Assembly: GCA_951406725.2 (NCBI GenBank)
Contig: OX597820.1
Coordinates: 98,642,001 to 98,706,000 of the forward strand
Reading direction: 5' to 3'
DNA from: Octopus vulgaris
Taxonomy: Eukaryota
Length of the DNA: 64,000 nt
Shown: in pieces, positions 12,731 to 25,665 of the stretch
How positions within the stretch are numbered: the stretch's first letter is position 1
Layout: the number at the start of each line of letters is the position of its first letter
The notes under the pieces: model-generated
What the model saw: the letters and a program-made list of their open reading frames with translations, nothing else
What the model was told of the DNA's origin: nothing
Databases searched by the model: none
Position numbers and translations under genes: made by a program

Positions 12731-13271
12731 AATCAAAATAAGCAACATGGATATCCAGAGGTAATGCAGTACGATCATTTCATGCGACTCCATTTAACTG
12801 AACAATGCAAATATTACATCAGTTTTAAAATGTAGAGCAATATAGAATTTAGTTAAATTTAAAGGATTCATTTGTATAGTTATTCTATGAACCAAAATCA
12901 CAAAGAGGATAAGTAGATAGACAAAGAACATGTTTCATCAACAACATCATAGTTGTAATTTTGTCTATCTACTTATCCTCTTTGTGATTTTGGTTAATAG
13001 AATAACTATACCAATGAATCCTTCGAATTTAACTAAATTCTATATTTTTATGCAGCTGAAGATTGCTCTACATTTTAAAACTGATGTAATATTTGCATTG
13101 TTTAATTAAATGGAGTCGCATGAAACGATCGTACTGTATTACCTCTGGATATCTTTGCTGCTTATTTTGATTGTAATCACCCCATTTTGAATTATATGGA
13201 TAATACCATACTTAATTCTGGTGCCTTTAACTTAAGTACCATATTCAACTGAATCTAAATTTTACTGAACC
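12731..13271 (+). mobile_element. Fold-back non-autonomous element (Penelope pLTR-like) in (TA)n
   Basis: Inverted arms 12731-12925 / 12960-13172; 3' tail homologous to 60190-60318; contains a hammerhead motif. Confidence 0.8.
13050..13139 (+). ncRNA. Type I hammerhead ribozyme motif
   Basis: atgcag-CTGAAGA-[long stem II]-GAAA-cgatcg-TA-ctgtat; stem I pairs; palindromic stem III; predicted cleavage after 13133. First stem II pair is U.U, so possibly impaired. Confidence 0.7.
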
Positions 13272-14379
13272 TATATATGTATATATATATATAAGTTCAA
13301 ATAAAGGTTACAATCTATAATAAGGGATAATAAAATCCAATGAAAATACTGCGTAGTTACTTATTTAAAAAAGTGTTGAATATTACAGTTATATTCAACT
13401 GCTATATTACGGGACGTAAGTACACCAACCTAGATTGTCAAGAGATTGTGAAGGGACAAACATAGACACAAAGCACACACACACAAATACATATATTCGA
13501 CGAACGACTTTCAGTTTCCGTCTACCAAATCCACTCACAAGGTTTTGGTCGTCTATTCACATGGGGGAAGTATTGAGAACCTAGTGGTTGGGATATGTCT
13601 GTGTCTGTATGTGCGTGTGTATGTGTGTGTTGTGTCCATCTATAGCAAGAAAGGTTATAGCAGCTATATAAAAACTAAAATCTAATTCTTGTGTAAAATT
13701 TTATGCCAAAGGCAATGGAAGTGGTCTCGATTCTCTACGTGCCCTGCTAACGGAGCTAGCCGCCATTTTCTAACATATTGAACACAGGACAAATCCGAAA
13801 TAATTCAACCGTCTAAGTGAGATTATTAAATGTGCATTATAATATATCTTCCTTTGATTTTTCCGAAATAAATGAGATGTCTAAGGGAAATAATTAAATG
13901 TGAATTATTATTTCCTTTTCATTGGTTTTATATTTATGAAATTGTGAAGTTACACATGGATGAAATTATAGTTTTATTGTAAGTTCAAGTGAAACATTGT
14001 TTGTGAAATAGAAGAGATTCATGAAAACAATTACACAAGAATAGGCCAGTTCCGGAATTGCTGGCTGTGGGCCAAACTTTGAAACCAAATATTCATAATA
14101 TATATATGTATGTGTACATATATGTGCGTGTGTGCATGTGCTGTGTGTTCATATACATACATATATGTGTGTCTGTGTGTGTGTGTGTGTGTGTGTGTTT
14201 TAGTGTGTCTAATGAAGGTTAGCAAGTCAAAACTTCGAAATCAGTGTCATTAACCTGGAGGATCACTCTTTTACAAATAGGCTAAAACGTTGAATTCACT
14301 CTCAAACTTTTCCATGTATATGAATATATATCTATGTCTACACACACACACACACACACACACGCACCACCACCCCCCC

Positions 14380-14425
<46 letters not shown>

Positions 14426-14887
14426 CATACATACGTACATACATATATCGGCTATGTCCCTTCACATGGTCACATATGCATCACACGGAGACACACACAC
14501 ACACACACACATGCACACAAACACACACATATACATATGCATGCATAAATGATATATGTATTCATATATGCATATTTGTATGTATGTATACAAATATATG
14601 AATCTCTAGTTCTTTAGCACTCCTTTCCGCCCTTCTATCATTGCTTCTGATGTCAACTTCACAGCTGTTTAGTCTACGTTAAAATGTGAAAATTAAATAA
14701 CGCAATGAAAGTTTTATGATCAATCCGTTTATATCTGCAAATAACAATTGTACTGATACCAGTTCAGCTATATGACTAATATCTACATATACACACATAT
14801 TTCTTTGTGTCTATTTGTTTACACACACACACACACACACACACATATGTGTGTGTGTGTAAATATATATATATATATATATATATA

Positions 14888-15307
14888 GGCGCAGGAGTGG
14901 CTGTGTGGTAAGTAGCTTGCTTACCAACCACATGGTTCTGGGTTCAGTCCCACTGCGTGGCACCTTGGGCAAGTGTTTTCTACTATAGCCTCGGGCCGAC
15001 CAATGCCTTGTGAGTGGATTTGGTAGACGGAAACTGAAAGAAGCCTTTCCTATATATGTATATATGTGTGTATGTATGTGTGTGTATATGTTTGTGTGTC
15101 TGTGTTTGTTCCCCTAGTATTGCTTCACAACCGATGTTGGTGTGTTTACGTCCCCTTCACTTAGCGGTTCGGCAAAAGAGACCGATAGAATAAGTACTGG
15201 GCTTACAAAGAATAAGTCCCGGGGTTGATTTGCTCGACTAAAGGCGGTGCTCCAGCATGGTCGCAGTCAAATGACTGAAACAAGTAAAAGAGTAAAGAGT
15301 AAAGAGT
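14888..15307 (+). mobile_element. Family-B tRNA-headed SINE with internal microsatellite
   Basis: A box tggctgtgtgg, B box gggttcagtccc, internal (TA/TG)n, (GAGTAAA)n tail. Confidence 0.88.
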
Positions 15308-15577
15308 ATATATACACACACACAAACACATGATAGTATTGATATATAATAGTATACGTACATACATCTGTGTGTGTGTACTGCAAAGGCATGGCTCTGT
15401 AGTTAGGAGTTGACTTTTGAACCACGTGGTTTGGAGTTCGGTTCCACAGTGCAGTACCTTAGGCAATTCTCCTCTGCTATTGCCGCGGGATGATCAATAC
15501 TTTATGAGTGGCGAACACCGAGCGTTATGTGTGTGTCTGTATACGCGCGTATGTATGTGTGAGTATATATATATATA

Positions 15578-15950
15578 GGCGCAGGAGTGGCTGTACGGCA
15601 AGAAGCTTACTTCCTAACCACAGGGTTCTGTGGTCAGTCCCACTACGTGGCACCTTGGACAGTTGTCTTCAGGCCAACCAAAATCTTGTGGATCTGGTAG
15701 ATGGAAACTAAGAGAAGCGCGTCGTATATATTAATGTGTGTGTGTGTGTATGTGTTTGTCGCCCCCCACCATCACTTGACACCGATGTTGCTGTATTTAC
15801 GCCTCCATAACTTAGCGAATCGGCAACAAAAACGATAGGATAAGTACTATGCTTACAAAGAACAAGTCCTGGGGTCAATTTGTTCGACTAAAAGCGGTAC
15901 TCCAGCATGGCCACAGTAAAATAACTGAAACGAGTAAAAGAGCAAAAGAA
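15578..15950 (+). mobile_element. Family-B SINE
   Basis: Collinear with 14888-15307. Confidence 0.8.
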
Positions 15951-15966
15951 TATATATATATAATAA

Positions 15967-16209
15967 AAGAGGGGTGACCACTAAGTGGGCATCCATTATG
16001 CCACAATTCGACCACCAATGGTCTTACCACTAAGAAAGGAATGGTCTCAAGGAACTTTAGCAAACGCCAGAACGTAAAGGAGCAAGACAAATGCTCGCTT
16101 ACGTTCTGGCGTTTGCTAAATTTTCTTGAGAACATTCCTTTCTTAGTAGTAAGACCGAAGGGAGTCGACTTCTAGCATAATGGATGTCCACTTAATGGTC
16201 ATCCCTCTT
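15967..16209. mobile_element. Almost fully palindromic ~243-bp MITE/fold-back
   Basis: aagaggggtgaccactaagtgggcatccattatgc at left pairs with gcataatggatgtccacttaatggtcatccctctt at right; complementarity continues to a loop near 16086-16090; TA-rich flanks. Confidence 0.8.
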
Positions 16210-16262
16210 ATATGTATATATATACACATATATATATATACATACATACATACATATGTATG

Positions 16263-16381
<119 letters not shown>

Positions 16382-16773
16382 ATATTATTTTTATTTGTAT
16401 TTTTACTGTCTTGTATTGTTTTTACTGTCCTGTTTTTGTTACCACTTTTACCCCTCCGAAAAAAATCTCAAATTATTTGCGGGACGGACCGTTTCATCGA
16501 AGTCATGTCTCGCCTTTACCTACGGAACGCGGAGTAGATGAAACAGAGGCGGCTAAAGAAAGGGAATTTTCCTTGTGTCGTATGTCTTGTACCCTAATTT
16601 TTCATTGTTTAAAAATAATGTCCGTTTCATGGTTCTGTTTTTATGTTTTCGTTTCTCATTGTGTTCGACGATTTTTTGGTGTCCTGTACCTATATATGCA
16701 TGTATATATACATATAGATGTAGGTACGTACATGTATGCATGTATATATGCATATGTTTTATTTATTGTTTTG

Positions 16774-16818
<45 letters not shown>

Positions 16819-17114
16819 GATGGATGAATTTATGTATGTACGTGTGTTTTTTGCATTTGTTTGTCCTCAACACACGCACAACCGTGCTTGACAACCGATG
16901 TTGCATTGTTTAAGTTCCCGTAACATAGAAGTTCGGCTTAAAGAAAGCGATAGAATAAATGCCAGGCTTTAAAAATAACTGCTGGTATTGATTTCTTCGA
17001 GTAATACTTTCAAGTCCGTGCCCAAACATGGCCGCAGTCCAATGACTAAAACAAGTAGCAAGCGAAAGATATATGAATGTATATGAACTTCTGTATGAAT
17101 ATACGTGCACATGC

Positions 17115-17163
<49 letters not shown>

Positions 17164-17404
17164 TTCCCGTATTTCAGTCATTGCGGCCATGCTGGAGCAT
17201 CACCTTGAAGGGTGTTTTTAGTCGAACAAATCGACCCCATGACTTAATTTTTAAGCCTAGTACTTATTCTATCAGTTTCTTTTGCTGAATTTTCAAGTTA
17301 CGGGGACGTAACTACACCAAGACCGGTTGTATGTGTATATATATTAATCGGATCAAATTGGAACCTTTGTCGTCGTATCCGACGGAGTGCCACGATATAC
17401 ACAT

Positions 17405-17474
<70 letters not shown>

Positions 17475-18375
17475 ATATATATATATACACACATATATAT
17501 ATATACTAATGCATATACACGTATGTATATATGATATCAATAGTTGACAATCTTTTTTGAGTTACCACCACTACCACCACCAGTCCCTTCACGTCACCTT
17601 TTGATAAAATGAATACATTTATTCACTCTATCCAATGTATTCAGTTCTGTATAAGATAATGTTTGCACTGGATAAAATATATTTTAATAAACTTTATAAC
17701 TCTTACATTACATACACGCGTGCGCACACAGGCACAGACACTCGCACAAACACACGCACACACACATGTGTGTGTGCGTGTGTGTGTGTAACCATGTTTG
17801 AGTGTGATTTTGTATGTATGTAGAATCTGTCTACTGACCGTTTGTAATTGTATCGAAAACTGCTATTTTGAACTTATATGAAAACTAACACTTGAATTGC
17901 TTTTGTCCTTATATATACGTGTTCGTGTGTTATGTGTGCGTACATACTTACCTATACCCATATACACACACATGCGCACTCACACACACATATATACACA
18001 CACACACGCACTCACACACATACATACACACAAATAAGTGTGTGTATATGTCTAGTTACCGTTTATAGGCTTGTATGTTTTGTGTGTGTGTGTGTGTGTG
18101 TGCGTGTCTGTATTTCGTTATTCTAATAGCTTCGCCAAATTCTTGATGTCAAATCGTGTGTTAAAAAGATATTACTGTACTATGGGAGGGTCATTTTGCG
18201 AATAACAACATGCACTGGTTACATTTTTTTTTATTATTACCAAGTCAGCATTTTAACATGAATTGATCATTTGTTTGACCAATTGTTTGATTAGTTACTC
18301 AGCTGCTTAGTCAGTCTGCAACCTTGGTGGTGGCGGTATAGGTGGTGGTGGTGGTGGTGGTGGTGGTGGTGGTGG

Positions 18376-18420
<45 letters not shown>

Positions 18421-18721
18421 GGAGGAGGAGGAGGAGGAGGAGGAGGAGGAGGAGGAAGACAACGACGATGACAACCATCATGTTGGCCATGATGAAAATG
18501 GTTTCTGATCTAAGTACAAGGCTAGCAATTTTGTGAGGTTGTGATAGTCGAAACCATCGACTTTGTCCCGTATTTTGTTTCATCGATCTCCAGACGATTG
18601 AACGGTAAAAACCTACCTCGGCAAGAGTTTAAAACCAAAACGTAAGAAGCTTGAAGAAATACCAGAACGAATTTTACCCCCGTCGTTCTAATGATTCTGC
18701 TAGCTCAAAATAATACCAATA

Positions 18722-18911
18722 ATTGGGACTGTGAAGGAGGGATAAGAAACCTTTATCAGCCGTATCCTAGGCAGCATCACCATTTATGCAGTCCGGACGA
18801 TCGCATTTCTAGGAACAGCTCATATGTACGGAGAGAAGCGTCGATCGATTAGTGTCTGAGACCCTTAATTTGGCCTAGGCTTAACGGGATATAAAACTGA
18901 AGACGCAAAAG
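18722..18911 (+). mobile_element. 3' end of an R4/Dong-like (restriction-like endonuclease) non-LTR retrotransposon
   Basis: Translates to LGTVKEG*ETFISRILGSITIYAVRTIAFLGTAHM, resembling the IQKIALLGTAHILR terminus of R4/Dong ORFs; followed directly by (GAA)n. Confidence 0.55.
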
Positions 18912-18947
18912 GAAGAAGAAGAAGAAGAAGAAGAAGAAGAAGAAGAA

Positions 18948-18979
<32 letters not shown>

Positions 18980-18992
18980 AGAAGAAGAGGAA

Positions 18993-19054
<62 letters not shown>

Positions 19055-19296
19055 AGAAGAAGGGGAAGAAGAAGAAGAAGAAGAAGAAGAAGAAGAAGAA
19101 GAAGAAGAAGAAGAAGAAGAAGAAGAAGAAGAAGAAGAAGAAGAAGAAGAAGAAGAAGAAGAAGAAGGGGAAGAAGAAGAAGAAGAAGAAGAAGAAGAAG
19201 AAGAAGAAGAAGAAGAAGAAGAAGAAGAAGAAGAAGAAGAAGAAGAAGAAGAAAGAAGAAGAAGAAGAAGAAGAAGAAGAAGAAGAAGAAGAAGAA
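18912..19296. repeat. Long (GAA)n microsatellite, about 385 bp
   Basis: Directly visible, with occasional GAG/GGG interruptions. Confidence 0.97.
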
Positions 19297-19299
19297 TCC

Positions 19300-19508
19300 T
19301 TTCATCGATATATGGCCTGAAATTGTTGGGGAGGGGAGCTAGTCAAATACATCGAACCAAGTGGTCATCTGATACTTATTTCATCGACTTCGAAAGGATG
19401 AAAGGCAAAGTCGATCTCGGTGGTATTTGAACTCAGAACGTAAAGACGGACGAATTGCGGCTAAATATTTCGTCCAGTGTACTAACGATTCTGCCGGCTC
19501 ATCGCCCT
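19300..19508 (-). mobile_element. Family-A SINE
   Basis: cgaaaggatgaaaggcaaagtcgatctcgg...atttgaactcagaacg. Confidence 0.75.
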
Positions 19509-19670
19509 AATAATAAGAGCGATTTCAAATTTTGTCACAGGGCTAGCAGTGATGAAAATGATGAACGGCTAAGTCGGCCTCGGTTTGATTAAAATGTTGA
19601 ATATAAAGAGCCGGAAGAAACCAAAAGTTATTCATTCTGACACTCTAGCGATTCTGCCAGCTTGCCATCT

Positions 19671-20073
19671 TCATTATATATATAAAGTTGAAGTTGTCTG
19701 TGTGTGGCAAGTTTAGTAGCCTTTAACTAACACTATCTCCTCCGAGACCCTGCGGCGCAAGTTGACCAAAATTGAGAGTATAATAAAAGAAGGCTTGCTC
19801 TTCATTCCGTAGAAGATAAAATTCAAATTGGACCATGTTAACACCACACCAAAAATTATTTACATCAAAAAGGTGCTTTTTTTCTATGAAAATCCCTATT
19901 TTTTACGATTTTTTGACTGCTGTGTCGCCATTTTTCGTAGTATTTCAACCAGAAAAATGTTCACTTAAATAGAATATCAGGCTACATAATGCAAAATTGG
20001 TGCCTTTTAAAAATTCCAATTCTAAAGGGTTAAAAAGAAAACAAATCCAAGCAAAGCTGGGCTATACTGCTAG
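19671..20073 (+). mobile_element. Non-autonomous Helitron
   Basis: 5' TC..TATATATATAAAG start; 3' hairpin ccaagc-aaa-gctggg then CTAG (20070-20073) followed by T. Confidence 0.7.
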
Positions 20074-20296
20074 TAGAAATAATAATATTGATGATGATGA
20101 TGATTTATAACTTAGATACAATATTACAAAAGCGAGAGAGAGTGAGAAAGAGAAAGGCCGGCGGAGATAGTTCTAATGACTACAGGAATATTCGTTAATT
20201 GTAATAATTTCTTTATTATCATCACCTTTCATACATTTAATATGTATGTGTTTTTTTTCAGATAAAGTGTATCTAGTGTAGGCGCGTCAGTTAGTG

Positions 20297-20505
20297 GAGA
20301 CGCATGGCTTAGTGGTTAGCGGGTTGGACTAATGATCGTAAGACTATGGTTTCGATTCCTGGACCGGGCGACGCATTGTGTTCTTGAGCAATTTCATTTC
20401 AAGTTGCTCCTGTCCTCTCAGCTGGCAAAAATGAGTAATCTTACGACCGGCGTCAATATATACGCCATGAAACCGGGAGACCGGCTCTTATAAATCAGTA
20501 TGACT
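20297..20505 (+). mobile_element. Family-C-like tRNA-headed SINE
   Basis: gcatggcttagtggttagcg...gtttcgattcctggaccggg...tgtgttcttgagcaa. Confidence 0.7.
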
Positions 20506-20507
20506 GA

Positions 20508-20722
20508 GCGGCGAGCAGGCAGAAACGTTAGCACACCGGGCGAAATGCGTAGCCGTATTTCGTCTGCCGTTACGTTCTGAGTTCAAATTCCGCCGAGGTC
20601 GACTTTGCCTTTCATCCTTTCGGGGTCGATTAAATAAGTACCAGTTGCGCACTGGGGTCGATATAATCGACTTAACCCGTTTGTCCTCTCTGTGTTTAGC
20701 CCCTTGTGGGTAGTAAAGAAAT
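20508..20722 (+). mobile_element. Family-A SINE, young copy
   Basis: Near-identical to 22064-22283 and 36447-36680. Confidence 0.88.
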
Positions 20723-21486
20723 TAGTATTACTGTAGGAAGTAACTTTGTTTTTCCTTTTTTTTCTATCTAGGATGACTTTATTCCATGCGTTCTTTCGTA
20801 AGACGGTAGATTGTGGTTTGAGCTGAATGAGAATTATCCTCTACTTCTAGCAGATCAAGCGACCTCGTAGAGGTACCCTCTTTTGTCTGACTCTTTACCG
20901 ATTCTACCACTCCACTGAGCTTTGACGTTTCAATGATAACGATGACACAATTTGATAAACGAGAAAATACAATTTATAAATATGCTAAATAAAGAATCCA
21001 ATTAATTTGGTTAAGAAACCTTTACACATAAGCAAGTCTTGTACGTCATTCATCCAGAAAACAACTACAGCTATCATTAAGATCGCCATCAGCACCATCA
21101 CCATCAACCACCCATATCGCCACGATCACCGTCACGTAACTGCAACCACCAACAGTGTCAGCACAACCCTTTGTACAATCTTTGCTCCGCTGGCTTTTCT
21201 TATCTGATAAATCTCCTCCATGTTTATTCTATCTGTTGAAAAGCATGGTTGTTTATTTGAAAACAACTAATTTCTAAAATAATGTCTTTATCTTTTGATG
21301 TACGTTCCTCAACGTAAAGCATATCACAAAAAAAAAGGAAATAATGAAAGCACGAGAGAACATGCGGTACATTAGCAGTTGCGACAGCAACAACAACAGC
21401 TTTCTTGTGGCGTAGACTGTTACCAGAAATAGAAGCTAGTGATGCAAAGCGTTTTTCAGTCTGATTATTTGTCTGGGGCTAAAATA

Positions 21487-21536
<50 letters not shown>

Positions 21537-22063
21537 GTAATTCATTGCTGTCAGTGATGGGAACATTGTAAAACTGATAAATGTTTTATTGGTTGTACAG
21601 TGCTAAACCTTAAAGTTGTCTTGTGGTCAAAATCCTTGCAATCATAAACTGTCTCATTGGCGATAAGATTGGGGCTGTTGGTGATGATGATGATGATGAT
21701 GATGGCGGCGGTGGTGGTCGTGGTGGTAGTGATGGTGGTCGTGGTCGTGGTCGTGGTGGCGGTGGTGGTGGTTGTGGTGGTGGTGGTGGTGATGATGATG
21801 ATGATGATGATGGTGGTTGTGGTGGTGGTGGTGGTGGTGGTGGTGATGATGATGATGATAATGGAGGAGGATAGTGGTTGTGGTGAGGATTTTGTAGACG
21901 CTTAGTCCCAGGTTAGCTCAGATAAAATGCGTTCCAACTGCAACGGTCAATCCAGTGTATTTTTTCATTGGTATAACCCACTTACGAACACATTGACCAA
22001 TGTATCGTTTTTTTTTTCTAAGAAATATTGAATGGATTATTTGTAGCATGTTTTTCTAGCGTG

Positions 22064-22283
22064 GGCAGAAACATTAGCACGCCGGGCGAAATGCGTAGCC
22101 GTATTTCGTCTGCCGTTACGTTCTGAGTTCAAATTCCGCCGAGGTCGACTTTGCCTTTCATCCTTTCGGGGTCGATTAAAAAAGTACCAGTTACGCACTG
22201 GGATCGATATAATCAACTTAATCCGTTTGTCTGTCCTTGTTTGTCCTCTCTGTGTTTAGCCCCTTGTGGGTAGTAAAGAAATA
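22064..22283 (+). mobile_element. Family-A SINE, young copy
   Basis: Full body ending gccccttgtgggtagtaaagaaata. Confidence 0.88.
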
Positions 22284-22829
22284 GATATTTCTAGCATGTC
22301 GAGCGTGCATGTAAAGGTTGCCTCATTGGCTTGTTGCTGTTATTGTTCTCGCCGTTGTTGTTATTGTTGTGGCCGTTGTTGTTCAGCTACATTAAATTTA
22401 TCCTCAAATCTGTTTTAACCATCTATGATGATGCTCATTAAGACTGATACATCCAATCACACCCTTAAATACCTACACTAATTATCAAGAATAATTACAG
22501 CAAATTCAGATATTTTCAGTTTTACGCACTTCTGATTTTATTTCAAAATTCTACAAAAATGTAGTTTTCCAAGTTAATAATATAAATCGCAACATCTTTT
22601 TTGAAAAGTTAAAAACAAAAAGTTACGAACATTTAAAAAAAAAAACATTATTTTTACTTTTGTAATTTTAACCAGTCCTATCTAGCGTTTTTCAACACGC
22701 CCTGCCGATGTTATAAAAAGTGCCCTTTTTTTTATCGCTGCAACATTATTTTGAGAAATTAATTTTAAAAAAAGCGATTAAAAGCTTTTCATAGTTTGAT
22801 GAAAAAAAATGAAAGAAAATAAGTTTTAC

Positions 22830-23050
22830 ATATTTCTTTATTACCCACAAGGGGCTACACACAGAGGGGACAAACAAGGACAGACATAGGTATTAAGTCG
22901 ATTATATCGACCCCAGTACGTAACTGGTACTTAATTTATCGACCCCGAAAGGATGAAAGGCAAAGTCGACCTCGGCGGAATTTGAACTCACAACGTAACG
23001 CAGACGAAATACCACGAAGCATTTCGCCTGGCGTGCTAACGTTTCTGCCA
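22830..23050 (-). mobile_element. Family-A SINE
   Basis: Reverse complement of the family-A consensus. Confidence 0.88.
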
Positions 23051-23067
23051 ATTTTTGCATTACACTA

Positions 23068-23262
23068 CAAACTCTAAGTTAATCCTAAACTTTAAACCCT
23101 AATTCTTTGCCTTAAATCCAATACTTTAAACCGTTAAGTCTCACACTAAACCTTAAACTTTAATTCTTAAACCTAACTGCTAACCCCTAATCCTAAAACC
23201 TAAACACAAAGCCTAAACCAAATACTAAACCCTAATCCCAGGCCCTAATCCCAAACCCTAAA
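23068..23262. repeat. Degenerate telomere-like (CCCTAA/CCTAAA)n tract
   Basis: Multiple aaccctaa/cctaaa units, irregular. Confidence 0.65.
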
Positions 23263-23336
23263 AGTCACAATTTTTGAATGATTAGATTTGTTCAAGAAAG
23301 GCGATAATAATGTCATTCAAATTATGGAAATATGTG

Positions 23337-24038
23337 TCCTTTGGCAGTGCCCTACATATAGAATAAGTCCTTGGGCAGTGCCATACATATAGCATAAGCC
23401 CTTGAGCAGTGCCCTACATATGGCATAAGTCCTTGGGCAGTGCCCCACATATGACATAAGCCCTTGGGCAGTGCCCTACATAAAGCATAAGTCCTTGGGC
23501 GGTGCCCTACATAAAGCACAAGTCCTTGGACAGTGCCCAACATATAACATAAGCCCTTGGGCAGTGCCCTACATATAGCATAAGTCCTTGGGCAGTGCCC
23601 CACATATAGCATAAGTCCTTGGGCAGTGCCCAACATATAGCATAAGTCCTTGGGCAGTGTCCTACATATAGCATAAGTCCTTGGGCAGTGCCCCACATAT
23701 AGCATAAGTCCTTGGGCAGTGCCCAACCTATGACATAAGCCCTTGGGCAGTGCCCTACATAAAGCACAAGTCCTTGGACAGTGCCCAACATATAACATAA
23801 GCCCTTGGGCAGTGCCCTACATATAGCATAAGTCCTTTGGCAGTGCCCCACATATAGCATAAATCCTTGGGCAGTGCCCAACATATGACATAAGCCCTTG
23901 GGCAGTGCCCTACATAAAGCATAAGTCCTTGGGCAGTGCCCAACATATGACATAAGCCCTTGGGCAATGCCCTACATAAAGTATGAGTCCTTGGGCAGTG
24001 CCCCACATATAGCATAAATCCTTGGGCAGTGCTCTACA
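23337..24038. repeat. 31-bp minisatellite, about 22 copies
   Basis: Unit (t/c)ccttgggcagtgccc(t/c/a)acatatagcataag; explains the 31-aa periodic ORFs. Confidence 0.97.
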
Positions 24039-25008
24039 ATATAAAGCAAAAAGTGAGATAGATCTCCGACAACTCTAAACATGTTTTGTTGTCGTTAAAC
24101 CTCATCAGCGAAGTAAACTGGCAGGCGGCATACGACTCGACAACGGACGGAATTACGGAATTTAGTCCTCAACGAATTAAAAGTGCTTACGATCCCAGCG
24201 TGCTCGATGTGTGCATTACAACCGAGCTTAAGTCCAGTGACGAGTTATCTAGTTACTATAAATCTTTTAAGTAAAATTGATTGAGTTAGGAGTAGGCCGG
24301 AGTGATAAATAACATCCGCAGCAGCAGCGGCCACAGCGACAACAGCATCACCAGCAGCAATAGTAAAAACAGCAGCAGTAACCTTTTGGGAGATGACATT
24401 GATGATGGAAAGTCTAGTTTGAAATCGATCGCATGAAAAATAATTAATAGCGTTCAGTAAGGTCATGATGAAACCCAAAGGAAGTTACCTGTTAAATGTG
24501 CAGAGAGAATGTGAGAAAAGGAGACTAAAGAGTGAGGGAGAAAGAGAGAGAAAAAGAGAGATAGAGAGAGGTTTACTAGTGGGGTTGGGAGAGAGAGGGA
24601 TTTAAGAGAGGGGCAGCGAGAGAGTGAGGGAGTGAAAGGTGCAGGCATAAACTTACAAGGAACATACATAAACACAGAATTGTAACATAAACATTTTTCA
24701 TATGAACTTGTATGCTTTATGTGTCTGTGTAGATGCCGGTGAGGTTACGTACAAATAGACACACTCACACGCACGCACACACACACACACACCTACACAC
24801 ACACACACACCTACACACACACATATACATGTATATAGGATATAGCTATGTATATATATTATATATTATATGAAAACATATTTGTAAGTATGAATGTGTA
24901 TGTATGCAGGTATGTGCGTGTGTGAGTATATTTGTGTGTGCATACATGTATGTATATCTAAGTGTGTGTGTGTAAGTATGTGTAAGCATGTGTATATAAA
25001 GCTAGCTA

Positions 25009-25071
<63 letters not shown>

Positions 25072-25084
25072 GTATACAAACAAT

Positions 25085-25116
<32 letters not shown>

Positions 25117-25605
25117 GATATATATGTGTGTATATATATACATATATAAGCATATACATGTATGTATACAAACACTTATATAATATATATATATTTATAC
25201 ACACATATTCAGACGCAAACATACATGTGCGTGTATATATAATATATATATATATAAAGTATGTATGCATACATACATATGTGTATGTGTATGTGTGGTT
25301 GTATACATATTTACATTCATATGTTTGTCTGTGAGTGTAATCCGTATGAGTATATTTAAATACGTGTGCGTGTAGGAATGTATATGTGTGTGTGTATATA
25401 CGATATTATTTGCGGTAGGTCTGAATGGTGCTAGTGTTTGGTTTAAGGTTTGTTTTTATTAATTTAATACGTTTCCTATTACACCACACGATATATCGAC
25501 TTTTACACGAACTAATATCCCTGCCCTATATGAGATATAGAGTTATTACCAGTCTTGTCTTATTTATTTTATTTCTTTCACAAATATTCTCATTATTATT
25601 ATTAC

Positions 25606-25665
<60 letters not shown>

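Noticed and set aside
14888-14965. SINE heads as tRNA genes
   Set aside because: A/B boxes present but no complete cloverleaf; always fused to SINE bodies.
21623-21905. Gly/Asp-rich ORF
   Set aside because: Compound (GAT)n/(GGT)n microsatellite.
23068-23262. Telomere or chromosome fusion site
   Set aside because: Short, highly degenerate, single orientation.
23337-24038. 31-bp palindromic array as CRISPR or as a repeat protein
   Set aside because: No unique spacers, no cas genes, eukaryotic context; ORFs occur in all three minus frames as a by-product of the unit.
24286-24399. Minus-strand 37-aa ORF MSSPKRLLLLFLLLLLVMLLSLWP... resembling a signal peptide
   Set aside because: Leucines derive from a decayed (CTG)n tract and the ORF stops immediately.
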